Shown here piece by piece: positions 10,857-21,639 of a stretch of DNA of 64,000 bases. A program made the position numbers and the translations under genes. Within the stretch, counting starts at the first letter, position 1, and the number at the start of each line of letters is the position of its first letter. Below the pieces are notes generated by a model. That model saw only the letters and a list, made by a program, of their open reading frames with translations. It had not been told where the DNA came from and made no database searches. Source of the stretch: an uncultured delta proteobacterium (GTDB taxonomy: Bacteria > Myxococcota > Myxococcia > Myxococcales > Anaeromyxobacteraceae); NCBI GenBank assembly GCA_963766715.1, contig CAVYBH010000012.1, forward strand, positions 224,001-288,000, in the 5' to 3' direction.

Positions 10857-11720
10857 GTGCCCGTGCTCTCCGGAGCCGTCGAGCGGCTCATCGACCTGGC
10901 CCTCGAGGAAGACCTCAACCTGGGTGACGCCACGAGCGAGGCCACCATCGCCGTGGCGGCGAGAGGGCGCGGCACCTTCCTGGCCAAGGACCCGCTCGTG
11001 CTGGCGGGGACGGCGGTGGCCGCCCGCATCTTCGAGCGGCTCGGGGCCGAATGCCGGTTCGACCGGACCGACGGGGACCGCGTCCGGAAGGGGGAGGTGT
11101 TCGGGGAGGCCGCGGGGCCGATGCGAACCCTGCTCGCGGCGGAGCGGACGTCGCTCAACTTCCTGCAGCGCCTCTCCGGCATCGCGACCGGGACGCGGGA
11201 GGCGGTCGACGCGCTCTCCTCGGCGGGCGGCAAGACCCGCCTGCTCGACACCCGGAAGACCACTCCGGGCTGGCGACGGCTGGAGAAGGAAGCCGTCCGG
11301 GCAGGAGGCGGGGTCAACCACCGCTTCTCGCTGGGCGACGGGATCCTCGTGAAGGACAACCACGTCGCGGCCTGCGGCGGGGTGGCCGAAGCGGTCCGGC
11401 GCGCCCGGTCCCGGGGAAACGCCATGTTGCGCGTCGAGGTCGAGGTCGTGGACCTGCCCGGCCTGGCGGAGGCCCTCTCCTCCGGCGCAGACATCGTCCT
11501 CCTCGACAACATGGACGACGCCACCATGGCCGAGGCGGTGCGGCTGACCGCCGGCCGGGCCCTCCTCGAGGCGAGCGGCAACATGACGCTCGAGCGCCTC
11601 CCCCGGGTGGCCGCCACCGGCGTCGACTTCGTCTCGATGGGGGCGCTCACCCACAGCGCCCGGGCAGCCGACATCTCCTTCGAGATCGAGCCGGCCGGCG
11701 GCACCCGCACGGTGGTTTGA
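10857..11720 (+). CDS. nadC: Nicotinate-nucleotide diphosphorylase (carboxylating)
   Basis: LLDTRKTTPG, NHRFSL, KDNH, EVEV, LLDNM, EASG, GALTHS. Confidence 0.95.
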   Translation: MPVLSGAVERLIDLALEEDLNLGDATSEATIAVAARGRGTFLAKDPLVLAGTAVAARIFERLGAECRFDRTDGDRVRKGEVFGEAAGPMRTLLAAERTSLNFLQRLSGIATGTREAVDALSSAGGKTRLLDTRKTTPGWRRLEKEAVRAGGGVNHRFSLGDGILVKDNHVAACGGVAEAVRRARSRGNAMLRVEVEVVDLPGLAEALSSGADIVLLDNMDDATMAEAVRLTAGRALLEASGNMTLERLPRVAATGVDFVSMGALTHSARAADISFEIEPAGGTRTVV

Positions 11721-11746
11721 CAGCCGAGGGCGCCGACCCCGAGAAT
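11717..11746 (+). promoter_or_regulatory. Putative leaderless sigma70 promoter of birA
   Basis: TTGACA-N18-GAGAAT ending 6 nt before ATG 11753; no SD. Confidence 0.45.
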
Positions 11747-11752
11747 CTCCGG

Positions 11753-12761
11753 ATGGCAGAGGTCGCACTGGGGAGCGAGGAACTGGTCCTCGCATTCCTC
11801 GCCGAGGCGGCGGACGACTTCGTCTCCGGCGAGACCATCAGCGACAAGCTCGGGCTCTCCCGGGCCGCGGTCTGGAAGCACGTGAACGCGCTTCGGGAGC
11901 AGGGGTACCGCATCGAGGCCCTTCCGGCCCGCGGCTACCGGCTGGCGGCCATCCCCGACCGGCTCCGCGCGCTGGAGATCGGGCCGCTCCTCAACACCCA
12001 CGATCTCGGGCAGGTCCTCCACTGCGAGGAGGAGTTGCCGTCCACGAACGACCTGGCCAAGGAGCTGGCCGAGGCCGGCGCGGTCCACGGCGAGGTGGTG
12101 ATCGCGGAGTGCCAGACCGCCGGACGCGGCCGCCGCGGGCGGACCTGGGTTTCGCCCTCCGGGCGGAACCTCTACCTGTCGGTCGTCCTCCGGCCGGTCC
12201 TGCCGCCGCAGCGGGCGCCGGAGCTGACGCTGGTGGCGTCGCTGGCCGCCTGCGACGCCTGCCGGCAGGCCGGGGCGGATGCCGGCATCAAGTGGCCCAA
12301 CGACGTGCTCGTGGAGGGCCGGAAGGTGGCGGGCATCCTCACCGAGCTCTCCGCCGAGCCCGACGCGGTGCACTGGGTCGTGCTGGGCATCGGCGTGAAC
12401 CTGAACTCCGGAGCCGAGGACTTCCCGGACGACGCTGCGCGACGTGGCCACCAGCCTCGCCCTCGAGCGCGGCCAGCCCGTTCCGCGGGCCCTCTTCGCC
12501 GCCGCGCTGCTTTCGACCCTGGAGCAGTGGCTCGACGTCCACGCCGCCGACGGATTCGAGCCCATCCGGCAGGCCTGGCGGGAGCGCTCCTGCACCCTGG
12601 GTCGCGAGGTGCGGGTCGAGGTCGACGGAAGCGAGGTCTCGGGGGTCGCGGAGGACATCGACGAGGGCGGGGCGCTGCTCGTCCGCACGCGGACCGGGCT
12701 GGTGCGGGTCGTCGCCGGCGACGTTCGCCTGCTTCGTCGCGTTGACCCGACAGGGTCGTGA
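11753..12761 (+). CDS. birA: Bifunctional biotin--[acetyl-CoA carboxylase] ligase / repressor (frameshift near 12435)
   Basis: HTH SGE...LGLSRAAVWKH, STND, QTAGRGRRGR, KWPND, KVAGIL. Confidence 0.92.
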
Positions 12762-12770
12762 GGCTACCCT
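12742..12770 (+). promoter_or_regulatory. Putative leaderless sigma70 promoter of coaX
   Basis: TTGACC-N17-TACCCT ending 6 nt before GTG 12777. Confidence 0.5.
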
Positions 12771-12776
12771 CCCGCC

Positions 12777-13541
12777 GTGCTCCTCGCCATCGACGTCGGC
12801 AACACGAACACGGTCCTCGGAGCCTTCGCAGGGACGGATCTCCGCCACCAGTGGCGGGTCGAGACCTCCCAGAGCCGGACCCACGACGAGTGGGGCATCC
12901 TGGTCCGCCAGCTGTTCGCCTCGGTGGGCCTGGAGCCGGGCCGGGTGAAGGCCATCGCCATCTCCAGCGTGGTCCCGCCGCTGGCCTTCGCCCTCGAGCA
13001 GATGGCCCAGCGCTACTTCGGGGTGAAGCCGCTCTTCGTCGGTCCCGGCGTGAGGACCGGCCTGCCCATCCTCTACGACAACCCCCGCGAGGTCGGGGCC
13101 GACCGGGTCGTGAACGCCGTGGCCGCCTTCCACCGCTGGAAGCGCGGCCTCATCGTGGTGGACTTCGGCACCGCGACCACCTTCGACGCGGTGTCGCCGC
13201 GCGGCGAGTACCTGGGCGGCGCCATCGCGCCGGGCGTCTCCATCTCCATGGAGGCCCTCTTCCGGAACGCCTCGAAGCTGCCCCGCGTCGAGTTCGCCCG
13301 CCCCGAGCACGTGGTGGGCAAGAACACCGTGGCGAGCATGCAGAGCGGGCTGGTCTTCGGCTACGTGGGGCTCTGCGACGGGATCTGCGAGCGCATGCAG
13401 GCCGAGCTGCCCTTCCCGGCGCACGTGGTCGCGACGGGCGGGCTGGCGCCGCTGGTGGCGGGCCTCTCGAAGGCCATCGCCGAGGTGGACGAGCACCTGA
13501 CCCTCGATGGGCTCCGGCTCATCCACGAGATGAACGCGTGA
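12777..13541 (+). CDS. coaX: Type III pantothenate kinase
   Basis: LAIDVGNTN, EVGADR, VVDFGTATT, GGAIAPG, ATGG. Confidence 0.95.
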   Translation: MLLAIDVGNTNTVLGAFAGTDLRHQWRVETSQSRTHDEWGILVRQLFASVGLEPGRVKAIAISSVVPPLAFALEQMAQRYFGVKPLFVGPGVRTGLPILYDNPREVGADRVVNAVAAFHRWKRGLIVVDFGTATTFDAVSPRGEYLGGAIAPGVSISMEALFRNASKLPRVEFARPEHVVGKNTVASMQSGLVFGYVGLCDGICERMQAELPFPAHVVATGGLAPLVAGLSKAIAEVDEHLTLDGLRLIHEMNA

Positions 13542-14063
13542 CCGGCCCGACCGCCATTCCGCCCGAGCGGGGACCGTCCGCCGAGGCGACCGCCGCCCTC
13601 GAGGAGGGGATCCGCCGGTTCCAGGGCGGGGACCCGGAAGGCGCCCACGAGAAGTTCGGCCAGGCGTATCGCCGGGCCCCGTCCGACCTCCGGATCCAGT
13701 CCTGGTACGGGCTGACGCTGGTCCTCGTCGAGAAGAACTCGAACCTGGGCGTGGTGCTCGTCGACGGGGCGGTGCGCTCGACCCGACCCGACCCCGAGCT
13801 CGTCATCAACCAGTCGAGGGTCGCCATGGCCCTCGGCCAGCGGGTGCGCGCGGTGCGGGCCCTGGAGCGCGGGCTGGCGCAGACCCCGGAACCAGCCCGA
13901 CCTGCTCGCGGCGCGGGAGGCCCTCGGGCGGCGGCAGCGCCCGGTCATTCCCGTCCTGTCCCGGCGCAACTGGCTGAACCGCTTCCTGGGACGCATGCAG
14001 CACGGCTGGTCGACCCGCCGTGCCGCCAAGGGAAAGCCACCCGCGCCCGACGGGGAGGGCTGA
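13538..14063 (+). CDS. TPR-like hypothetical protein (frameshift near 13890)
   Basis: GTGA overlap with the coaX stop; helical TPR-like sequence, continuing as REALGRRQRPVIPVLSRRNWLNRFLGR to TGA 14061-14063. Confidence 0.65.
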
Positions 14064-14066
14064 CCG

Positions 14067-15203
14067 GTGGCAGGCTGTCCGCTTCCGCTGGAAATGCTCT
14101 CCAAGCCCCTGCACAAGCACGTGGAGGCCCGGGCCCCGGTGCCGCTCCGGATGATGGGCGCGAAGGGGCTCGTTCCGGCCGTGGCGTCGAACGACCTCGT
14201 CACGATGCTCTACTTCCTCTCCTTCGACCCCGAGCCGGGAGTCCGGGAGACCGCCGTGAAGACGGCGGCAGGGCTCCCGGAGCGGGTCTGGTCGGCGGCG
14301 CTCCGCTCGGAGGACCTCGAGGCGCCGGTGCTCGACTGGATGGCCGACCGCCTGGGCTCGGCCACCGCGGCGTTGCAGGCCATCCTCCTCAACCCGGCGA
14401 CCGCCGACGAGACGGTGGCGCGCCTGGCCCCTTCCGTGCCCAGCGCGCTCGTCGACATCATCCGGCAGAACGAGCTTCGGCTCCTGCGTCACGACGACAT
14501 CGTGCGCGGCCTCTGCCGGAACCCGGACGCGCTCGCCTCCACCATCGACGGCGCCTGCGACTTCTGCGTGCGCAACGGGCTCGTCCTCCTGGACGTGCAG
14601 CAGATGGTCGAGGCCCACCGGCGCGTCCACGGCACCGACCCGACGGCCCGGCCCGCCGAGGACTCGGCCGCCGCGCTGATGGCGGAGTACGGGGCCGAGC
14701 TGGCGCAGGACCCGGAGGAGAAGGGGTCGATGCCCGCCCCGACCCCGGAGCAGGAGGAGAAGCGGGAGAACATGACGCAGCGGGTGCTCAAGATGTCGGT
14801 GGCCGAGAAGATCAAGCTCGCCACGCTGGGCAACCGGGAGGCCAGGACCCTGCTGCTCCGCGACTCGAACCGGCTGGTGAGCCTGGCGGCGGCGCAGAGC
14901 CCGCGCATCACCGACGGGGAGATCCTCTCCCTCGCCAACTCCAAGACCTCGAGCGCCGACGTCCTGCGGTTCATCTACGAGAGCCGCGAGTTCCTCAAGA
15001 TCTACGCCCTGCGCGCCGCGCTGGTCCGGAACCCCAAGGTGCCCTTGCCCACCGCGCTCAAGTTCCTCCCCACGCTCCAGGAGCGGGACATCAAGGAGCT
15101 CGCCCGCGACCGCAACGTCCCCGCCACCGTGCAGGCGCAGGCCAAGTCGTGGATGATGAAGCGCGAGCAGGCCAGCAAGGGGCCCGTGGGCGGGAAGCAC
15201 TAG
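14067..15203 (+). CDS. Conserved alpha-helical (HEAT-like) hypothetical protein
   Basis: 378-aa ORF with host-like codon usage; C-terminal MSVAEKIKLATLGNREARTLLLRDSNRLV...LVRNPKVP block that I recognise from deltaproteobacterial hypotheticals. Confidence 0.75.
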   Translation: MAGCPLPLEMLSKPLHKHVEARAPVPLRMMGAKGLVPAVASNDLVTMLYFLSFDPEPGVRETAVKTAAGLPERVWSAALRSEDLEAPVLDWMADRLGSATAALQAILLNPATADETVARLAPSVPSALVDIIRQNELRLLRHDDIVRGLCRNPDALASTIDGACDFCVRNGLVLLDVQQMVEAHRRVHGTDPTARPAEDSAAALMAEYGAELAQDPEEKGSMPAPTPEQEEKRENMTQRVLKMSVAEKIKLATLGNREARTLLLRDSNRLVSLAAAQSPRITDGEILSLANSKTSSADVLRFIYESREFLKIYALRAALVRNPKVPLPTALKFLPTLQERDIKELARDRNVPATVQAQAKSWMMKREQASKGPVGGKH

Positions 15204-15254
15204 CGCCGGGACCGGCGCGGGTGCGCCGGATCGGACGCGGGGAGGCGGGCAGGA

Positions 15255-16832
15255 ATGAAGATGGGGCGGGCGATCTGGCTCTCGGCTGCGACCATGACGT
15301 CGCGGGTGCTGGGACTCGTCCGGGACCAGCTCTTCGCGGCGCTGGTGGGCGCGAACCGGTGGTCGGACGCCTTCGTGGTGGCCTTCCGCATCCCCAACCT
15401 CCTGAGGGACCTGTTCGCGGAGGGCGCCCTCTCCTCGGCCTTCGTCCCGACCTTCGCGGATGCCCACGCGAAGCGGGGGCGGGACGCGGCCTACCAGCTC
15501 GCCAATGCGCTCGTCGGGGCGGTCCTGGTGGTGGTGGGCGGCGTCGTGATCACCGGCCTGCTCGCCGCGCCCGCCATCGTCCGGCTGCTCGCGCCGGGGT
15601 TCGGTCCGGAGGAGGCGGAGTTCGCCACCTTCCTCACCCGGATCATGATGCCCTTCCTCCTGCTCGTCTCCCTCTCGGCGGTGTCGATGGGGATGCTGAA
15701 CGCGCAGTCGAGGTTCACCGCGCCGGCCCTCGCGCCGGCCCTGTTCAACGTCGGGGCCATCGCCGTGGGCGCCTGGCTCTGGGCCACGGGAAAGGGCCCT
15801 CGGGCCGCCGCGGTCGGGTGGTCGGTGGGAACGCTGGTGGGGGGGGCCATGCAGCTCGCCGCGCAGTGGCCCAGCCTGCGAGCGCTGGGATTCCGCCTGC
15901 GCCCGCGCTTCGGGTCCGCGGCGCTCGCCGACCCGGGGATCCGCCGCATCGGGCGGCTCATGGGGGCGGCCGTCATCGGCCTCTCCGCCACCCAGGTGAA
16001 CATCCTGGTGAACACCATCTTCGCCTCGCACGAGGTGGGGGCGAACACCTGGCTCCAGATGGCCTTCCGGCTCATGCAGCTGCCGCTCGGCGTCTTCGGG
16101 GTCGCCATCGCCACGGTGGCCGGCGCCGGCGTGGCGCAGCGGGTGGCCGCGGGCGACATGCACGGGGTGCGGGACACCCTGGGCTCGGCGATGCGCCTCG
16201 TGGCCTTCCTGAACGTCCCGGCGGCGGTGGGGCTCATCGTGCTCGCCCACCCCATCATCTCGCTGGTCTACGAGCACGGGCGATTCGGCGGGGCCGACGC
16301 CGCCGCCACCGCCGACGCGCTGGTCTTCTACGCCGTCGGCCTCTACGGGTACTCGGCGGTCAAGGTCTTCGCGCCGGCCTTCTACGCGCTCGACGAGGCG
16401 CGCATCCCCGTGGTGGGCAGCGTGGTGGGCATGGTCTCGAACGTGATCCTCGTGCTCGCGCTCCACCCGGTCCTGGGATTCCGGGGCATCGCGCTGGGGA
16501 CCGCGCTGGCCGCCACCGCCAACTTCGCGGTGCTGGCCGTGGCCTGGAAGTGGCGGCACGGGGGACTGGGCGAGGCCGGGATCTACCGGCAGCTGGCGAG
16601 GACGCTGGCCGCGGCCGCCGTGATGACCGGGGTGGTCCTCGGGACGCGCTGGGCGCTCGCGCCGATGCTCCCGCCGGGCGGCATGGCTCGCCAGGCGCCG
16701 CTCGCGCTCGTTCCCATCGTCACCGGGGCCGTCGCGTACTTCCTGGCGGCGCGCGCGCTCGGCGTGAAGGAGCTGGGAGAGGTCGCCTCAGCGCTCCGGC
16801 GTCGACGGCGGGGTGCCGCCGTCGCCCGGTGA
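15255..16832 (+). CDS. murJ: Lipid II flippase MurJ (MviN)
   Basis: SRVLGLVRD, AFRIPNLLRDLFAEGALSSAFVP, RLMQLPLG, multiple TM segments. Confidence 0.95.
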   Translation: MKMGRAIWLSAATMTSRVLGLVRDQLFAALVGANRWSDAFVVAFRIPNLLRDLFAEGALSSAFVPTFADAHAKRGRDAAYQLANALVGAVLVVVGGVVITGLLAAPAIVRLLAPGFGPEEAEFATFLTRIMMPFLLLVSLSAVSMGMLNAQSRFTAPALAPALFNVGAIAVGAWLWATGKGPRAAAVGWSVGTLVGGAMQLAAQWPSLRALGFRLRPRFGSAALADPGIRRIGRLMGAAVIGLSATQVNILVNTIFASHEVGANTWLQMAFRLMQLPLGVFGVAIATVAGAGVAQRVAAGDMHGVRDTLGSAMRLVAFLNVPAAVGLIVLAHPIISLVYEHGRFGGADAAATADALVFYAVGLYGYSAVKVFAPAFYALDEARIPVVGSVVGMVSNVILVLALHPVLGFRGIALGTALAATANFAVLAVAWKWRHGGLGEAGIYRQLARTLAAAAVMTGVVLGTRWALAPMLPPGGMARQAPLALVPIVTGAVAYFLAARALGVKELGEVASALRRRRRGAAVAR

Positions 16833-18578
16833 CCGGTCCTCGAGGACCTGAAGGACCATGGCGAGGGCCTTCCGGGTCTTCTCGCGGAGCTTCTCGTCGC
16901 TCTTGATCTTCTGGTAGGCGCGCAGCACGCGATCCTCGTGCTGGGCGGCCTGGGCCTGCGCGGCCTGGAGCTGCTGCGAGAGCTGCTCCACGCGGGCCTC
17001 GACTTCCGAGCGCGCGCTCGCGGCGGCGGCGACGGCCGAACGGACGCCCTCCAGCTCGGTCCGGAGCGTGCTCGCCTCGGCGGACAGCGCGTCCCGCTCG
17101 GCCCTCAGGTCGATCGTCTCGGAGCGCAGGCCTTCCAGCTCGGAGCGGACCGCGTCTCCATCCGCGCGCAGGGCCGCCGACGCCGAGCGGAGCGACTCTC
17201 CCTCGGCGCGCAGCGTGGCGAGCTCGAGCCGGAAGGCCTCGTTCTCCTCGCGGAGGGAGTCGGCCTCGAGCCGGGCGGCCTCGCCCTGGGCGAGCGCGGG
17301 CGCGGAGCGTCTGGGCCTCTCGGCCGGCCGGACGGCGTCGGCGTCGGCGCGCAGGGCCTCGAGCTCCGATTGGGCGACCAGCGGTCGCGGAACGGGCCTC
17401 CTCGAGCCCGCGCTCCAGGCCGGTGGCGCGGTTCACGGCCTCGAGCGCCTCGTCGCCGCGCGCGGAGGCGGATCGCTCGGCCTCGTCGAGCCGGGAGCGA
17501 AGCTCCTGGAGCTCGCGCTCCAGCCCGGTCGTGCGTTCCTGGGCCTGGCGCGACGCCTCGCTGGCCGCCGCGCGGGCCGCCTCGAGCTCGCCCGTGAGGG
17601 AGAGAACGGCGCCTTCGCTGGAGTCGAGCAGCGAGCGGAGGTTGGCGAGCTCCGCCTCCCTCTCGCCGGCCTGGCTCTCCCATTCCACGGTGGCGCCCTG
17701 GAGGCGGTCGAGCTCCTCGCGAAGCGCCCTGGCCTCGTCCTGGGAGGCCTGCAGCGTGAGCGCCAGCGATCCGTCGGTCACGTCGACGGTCGGGAGGACC
17801 TCGACGTCCTCCAGCAGGATCGGGGTCTCCTCCTCGTCTGCGGGCTCGATGGTCGGCTGGACGAGCCGGACCGGCGAGGGTGGGGGAGTCGCGGCGAGCG
17901 GAGCGGCCTGGGACGGAGCCGCGGCCTCCTCGGCCAGCGCCGCCAGCGCCTCGGCCATCTCCCGATCGAGGTCGAAGCGTGGCGGGGGATTCGTCGGCGT
18001 CCGGCAGGAGCGTGAGCGGCGGCTCGGAGACGGGGGAGCCGGGGGCGCGGGTGCTGGGCTCGTCCCCGCCGCCACCGCCGGAGATGCTGTCGAACGCCTC
18101 GTCCAGCATCCGGAGGTCGGCGTCCTCCTCGACGGGCGTCGCCGGGCCGTCGAGCTCGACGTCGGCGAGCGTGACGAGCTCCTCCTCCGCGGCCAGCGCC
18201 TCCGGCATTCCCACGAGCGCGCCGACCCGCTCGACCAGCGTGGCCGGGCAGGAAGGGCTTGATGAGGTAGTCCTCGGCGCGGGTCTTCAGCTTGCGGTGC
18301 TGCTCGAAGGTCTCGGGCGTCGCCTCGGAGCTGGTGATGACGAGGGGAATCGACTTCAGCGCGTCGTCCTTCTTCAGCCGGTTGCACCAGGAATAGCCGG
18401 AGAGCCCCGGGAGCTCGACGCACAGCACCACGCAGTCGGGGCGGAGCGCCCGTGCGAGCTCCACGCCTTCCTTGCCCTCGGAGCTGGTCCGCACGCCGAA
18501 GCCCCGCGACTCCAGGGCAGCAGACATGTCGCGTGCGAAGGAGGAGTCGCTCTCGATGAGCAGGACGGTCTTGGACAT
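16788..18578 (-). CDS. frzS: FrzS-like pseudo-receiver plus coiled-coil protein (several frameshifts)
   Basis: MSKTVLLIESD...ALESRGF...LKKDDALK...QHRKLK...LVERVGALVGMPE resembles the Myxococcus FrzS receiver; heptad coiled coil; C-terminal RAYQKIKSDEKLREKTRKAL; downstream of an ECF/anti-sigma pair. Confidence 0.8.
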
Positions 18579-18584
18579 CCACGG

Positions 18585-18614
18585 ATCCTAAGGCCGCCCC
18601 GAACGGGCTGTCAA
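18585..18614 (-). promoter_or_regulatory. Putative leaderless sigma70 promoter of frzS
   Basis: Minus strand TTGACA-N18-TAGGAT-N6-ATG. Confidence 0.55.
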
Positions 18615-18632
18615 AAACCGGCCGGCGAGGCG

Positions 18633-19463
18633 CTATCGCTCCGTCGACTGCGCCGTCTCCACCAGGCGGACGAGATCGGCCTCGTCGAGATCGGAGACGA
18701 GGGAGTAGACGATCTCGTTGCGACGCCAGACGGCCACGTTGTAGCCGCGCATGTTCATCACCCAGACCGTGGCGGGCCCGGCGTTGACCCGGTGCCCTTC
18801 CTCGGCGACGCGGCGATGGGGGTCGTCGATGATGAAGAGCCCGACCGGCCCGCGGGGCGTCTCGTAGCGCATGTAGGCGGCCGGCCAGTTGTGGATCTGG
18901 GCCAGCCCCGCGCCCACCAGCTTCACCCCGTCGCCCCGGAAGGCGGGCGGCTTGGGGTTGAAGTCGAGGCGGCGCGCCAGCATCGAGGGGATGAGCTCCG
19001 GGGCGATGGCGGCCGTGCTGAGCTCGAGCGGCAGGTCGCGGGCGTGCTTGCGCACCGCCTCCTCGACGAGCGGGTCGGTGGCGCGGTGGCCGGCGAAGAC
19101 GACGAGCGCGCCGGCGACGCAGGCGGCGAGCGCCGCGACGGGCAGCGGGGAGATCAGGCGACGCCACCAGGTGGCCGGGCGGGCCTCCTCGGCGTCGAGG
19201 GCGGCGGAGATCCGCCTGCGCAGCGAGTCGGGAGCGGTGGCCTGAGGCGTCCCGGGGGCGAAGGCCTCGCGCAGCCTGGCGCGAAGCTCCGACCGGAAGG
19301 CCATGGCGGAGGCCGCCCCGTCGCGGCAGGTGGAGCACGCAGAGAGGTGGGTCTCGATGGAGGCGCGATCGCCTGCCTCGAATTCCCCGTCGAGGTACGG
19401 CTCCATGAGCCGTTCCACGTCACTGCAATCGAAGGTCGTGCTGGCGGTCGCGCCCTGCGTCAT
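18633..19463 (-). CDS. Zinc-finger (zf-HC2) transmembrane anti-sigma factor
   Basis: C....LMEPYLDGE...HLSACSTC (HxxxCxxC), single TM helix, periplasmic domain; immediately downstream of the ECF sigma. Confidence 0.88.
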   Translation of the reverse strand: MTQGATASTTFDCSDVERLMEPYLDGEFEAGDRASIETHLSACSTCRDGAASAMAFRSELRARLREAFAPGTPQATAPDSLRRRISAALDAEEARPATWWRRLISPLPVAALAACVAGALVVFAGHRATDPLVEEAVRKHARDLPLELSTAAIAPELIPSMLARRLDFNPKPPAFRGDGVKLVGAGLAQIHNWPAAYMRYETPRGPVGLFIIDDPHRRVAEEGHRVNAGPATVWVMNMRGYNVAVWRRNEIVYSLVSDLDEADLVRLVETAQSTER

Positions 19464-19478
19464 GTGCGATGTCCCGTG

Positions 19479-20126
19479 CTACGAGATGCCCCGCCTGCGT
19501 TTCCAGTCGTCGAGGTCGATGCTGGCGTCGCGGATGCTCCCATCCTCTTTGCCAGCGTGCAACACTCCCGATGCCGTGGCGTATTCCGCCAGTTGCTTCT
19601 GGAGCAGGCGGCGTCCCCGGAACAGGCGACTCATCACCGTGCCGACCGGCACGTCGAGGATGTCGGCGATCTCCTTGTAGGAGAAGTCCTGGAGGTCGGC
19701 GAGGATCACCGTGAGGCGGAAGTCGACCGGGATGGCGTCGATGGCCCGCAGCACGTCGTCGGAGAGGAGGCGCTCGAAGAAGGCCCGCTCCGGGTCCTCC
19801 GCCACGTCGGCGGCGTCGCGCGAGACCAGCCGGTCCTGCACCGAATCCCGCTCGTCCTCGACGATGTTCCGTTCCTTGGTGGTGCGCCGGTACCGGTTGA
19901 TGAAGGTGTTGGTGAGGATCTTGTAGAGCCAGGCCTTGATGTTGGTGCCCCGCTCGAACTTGTCGAAGAAGCGGAAGGCCCGGAGCACGGCGTCCTGGAC
20001 CAGGTCCTCGGCGTCGCGAGGATTCTTGGTCAGGCGGAGCGCGGCGGCGTAGAGGCCGTCGAGGTGGGGAAGCGCCAGCGACTCGAACTCGCGGCGGCTC
20101 CCCTCTGTGGCGCGATTCAGCAACAA
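19479..20126 (-). CDS. ECF sigma-70 factor (RpoE1-like)
   Basis: [45 protein letters not shown] start with GAGGAGG RBS. Confidence 0.92.
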   Translation of the reverse strand: MLLNRATEGSRREFESLALPHLDGLYAAALRLTKNPRDAEDLVQDAVLRAFRFFDKFERGTNIKAWLYKILTNTFINRYRRTTKERNIVEDERDSVQDRLVSRDAADVAEDPERAFFERLLSDDVLRAIDAIPVDFRLTVILADLQDFSYKEIADILDVPVGTVMSRLFRGRRLLQKQLAEYATASGVLHAGKEDGSIRDASIDLDDWKRRRGIS

Positions 20127-20339
20127 GTGTCGTGCCTCCTCAGGCTGGGGGTCGGATGGATGGACGCCCGCCTCGTGACGCTGCCCTGTGGAACGGGCAG
20201 GGGGAAACGGATCTTCCGGCCCCCGATACACCCGGAAGGGTCTAGCGGGCCGGAGCCATGAAATCACGTGGAAAAGGGAAGGTAGGTCCGTCGCGGGCGT
20301 CGGCAAGGCGCCAGTGGTATGAACCCGCGCAAGTCCGCC

Positions 20340-21639
20340 ATGTATCGACTCTTCTTCGCCGACTCGACCGGGGCCGTCTACGACCATCCCCACCTGCTCG
20401 CCGCTGCCCGCAGCGGCGGCGACGTCGTTCGTCCTGCGGGGCGCCCGGTTCCCCTTCCCGAGGGGGGGGCGCTCTGCGTCCTCCCGGGCCGGAGGCCGGT
20501 GGGGTTCGACCCGGAGACCGGTGAGCCGGTGGTCCTGAAGGAGTTCCGCGTCGGCCGCCGAATCCATCGTGCCGGTCGCCGTGGGCGCGACCCTGCCGCC
20601 GGGCTACACCCGCACCCTGCTGCCGGCGGCGTCGCGGCCGGCGCTCGGCGTGGCCGGGGTCCCGGTCCTTCCCCAGTGGGCCTACACGGCCGCCGCCTAT
20701 TCGCCGCAGGGTCCGGTGGCCTGGGCGCTCCACACCGACCGACGCGGGCACTGGGACCCGGCGCGCCACTCCACCGCCGACCTGGCGGGGCTCGTGGAGG
20801 AGCGGCTCTGTCGCGCCGACAACCCGGTCTACCGCCAGCTGGCCCGCTGCGCGCTCCAGTGGTCCTGCTTCACCGCCCAGAACACCTTCTACGGGCGCGA
20901 CGAGGGGGCCATCCCGTCCTCGGCGGCCTGCAACGCCCGGTGCGTCGGGTGCCTGTCCGAGACGGCCGAGGGGATGCCCCCGTCGAGCCACGATCGGATC
21001 CTGCGATCGCCCACCGCCGAGGAGATGGCCGACGTCGGCGCGGAGCACCTCGCCGGCGCCACCGGACGCACCATGGTGAGCTTCGGGCAGGGCTGCGAGG
21101 GGGAGCCCCTGCTGCGCTGGAAGGAGATCGTCCGGGCCATCCGGCTCATGCGCGGGCGGACCTCCCGGGGATCGATCAACGTGAACACCAACGGCTCGCT
21201 GCCCGACGCGCTCGGCGCGCTGGCCGACGCGGGCCTCGACGCGGTGCGCATCTCCCTCAACTCCGCCTCCCCGGATCTCTACTCGGCGTACTATCGACCG
21301 GTGAGCTACTCGCTGGCCGACGTCGAGGCGTCCATGCGGGTGGCCCGCAAGAAGGGGCTCTACCTGGCGCTCAACCTGCTCGTCTTCCCGGGCGTCACGG
21401 ACCGTGAAAAGGAGGTCGAGCGGCTCGCGGCCCTGGTCCGCCGCGTCGGGGCGGATCAGGTGCAGGCCCGGTCGCTCGCGATGGATCCGGACGTCTACTG
21501 GGAGATCGCCCGCGACCGGGGCGGGCAAGGGCCGGCGCTCGGTGTCCCGGCGCTGCTCCGCGCGCTCCGGACGGCCCGCCCGGGCCTCGTGGTCGGCAAC
21601 TTCGCCCGCGGCCTGGGCGAGAGGGGGAGGGCGGCGTGA
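20340..21639 (+). CDS. Radical SAM protein of unknown function (frameshift near 20565)
   Basis: CNARCVGC (CxxxCxxC), [22 protein letters not shown]-terminal MYRLFFAD...HP is in another frame. Confidence 0.85.

Noticed and set aside
6471..11795. 1774-aa minus-strand ORF and many other long Arg/Gly/Pro-rich ORFs (e.g. 12758-16906, 9644-12688, 572-3562)
   Set aside because: Shadow frames of real genes; stop codons are scarce at this GC content and no domain motifs are present
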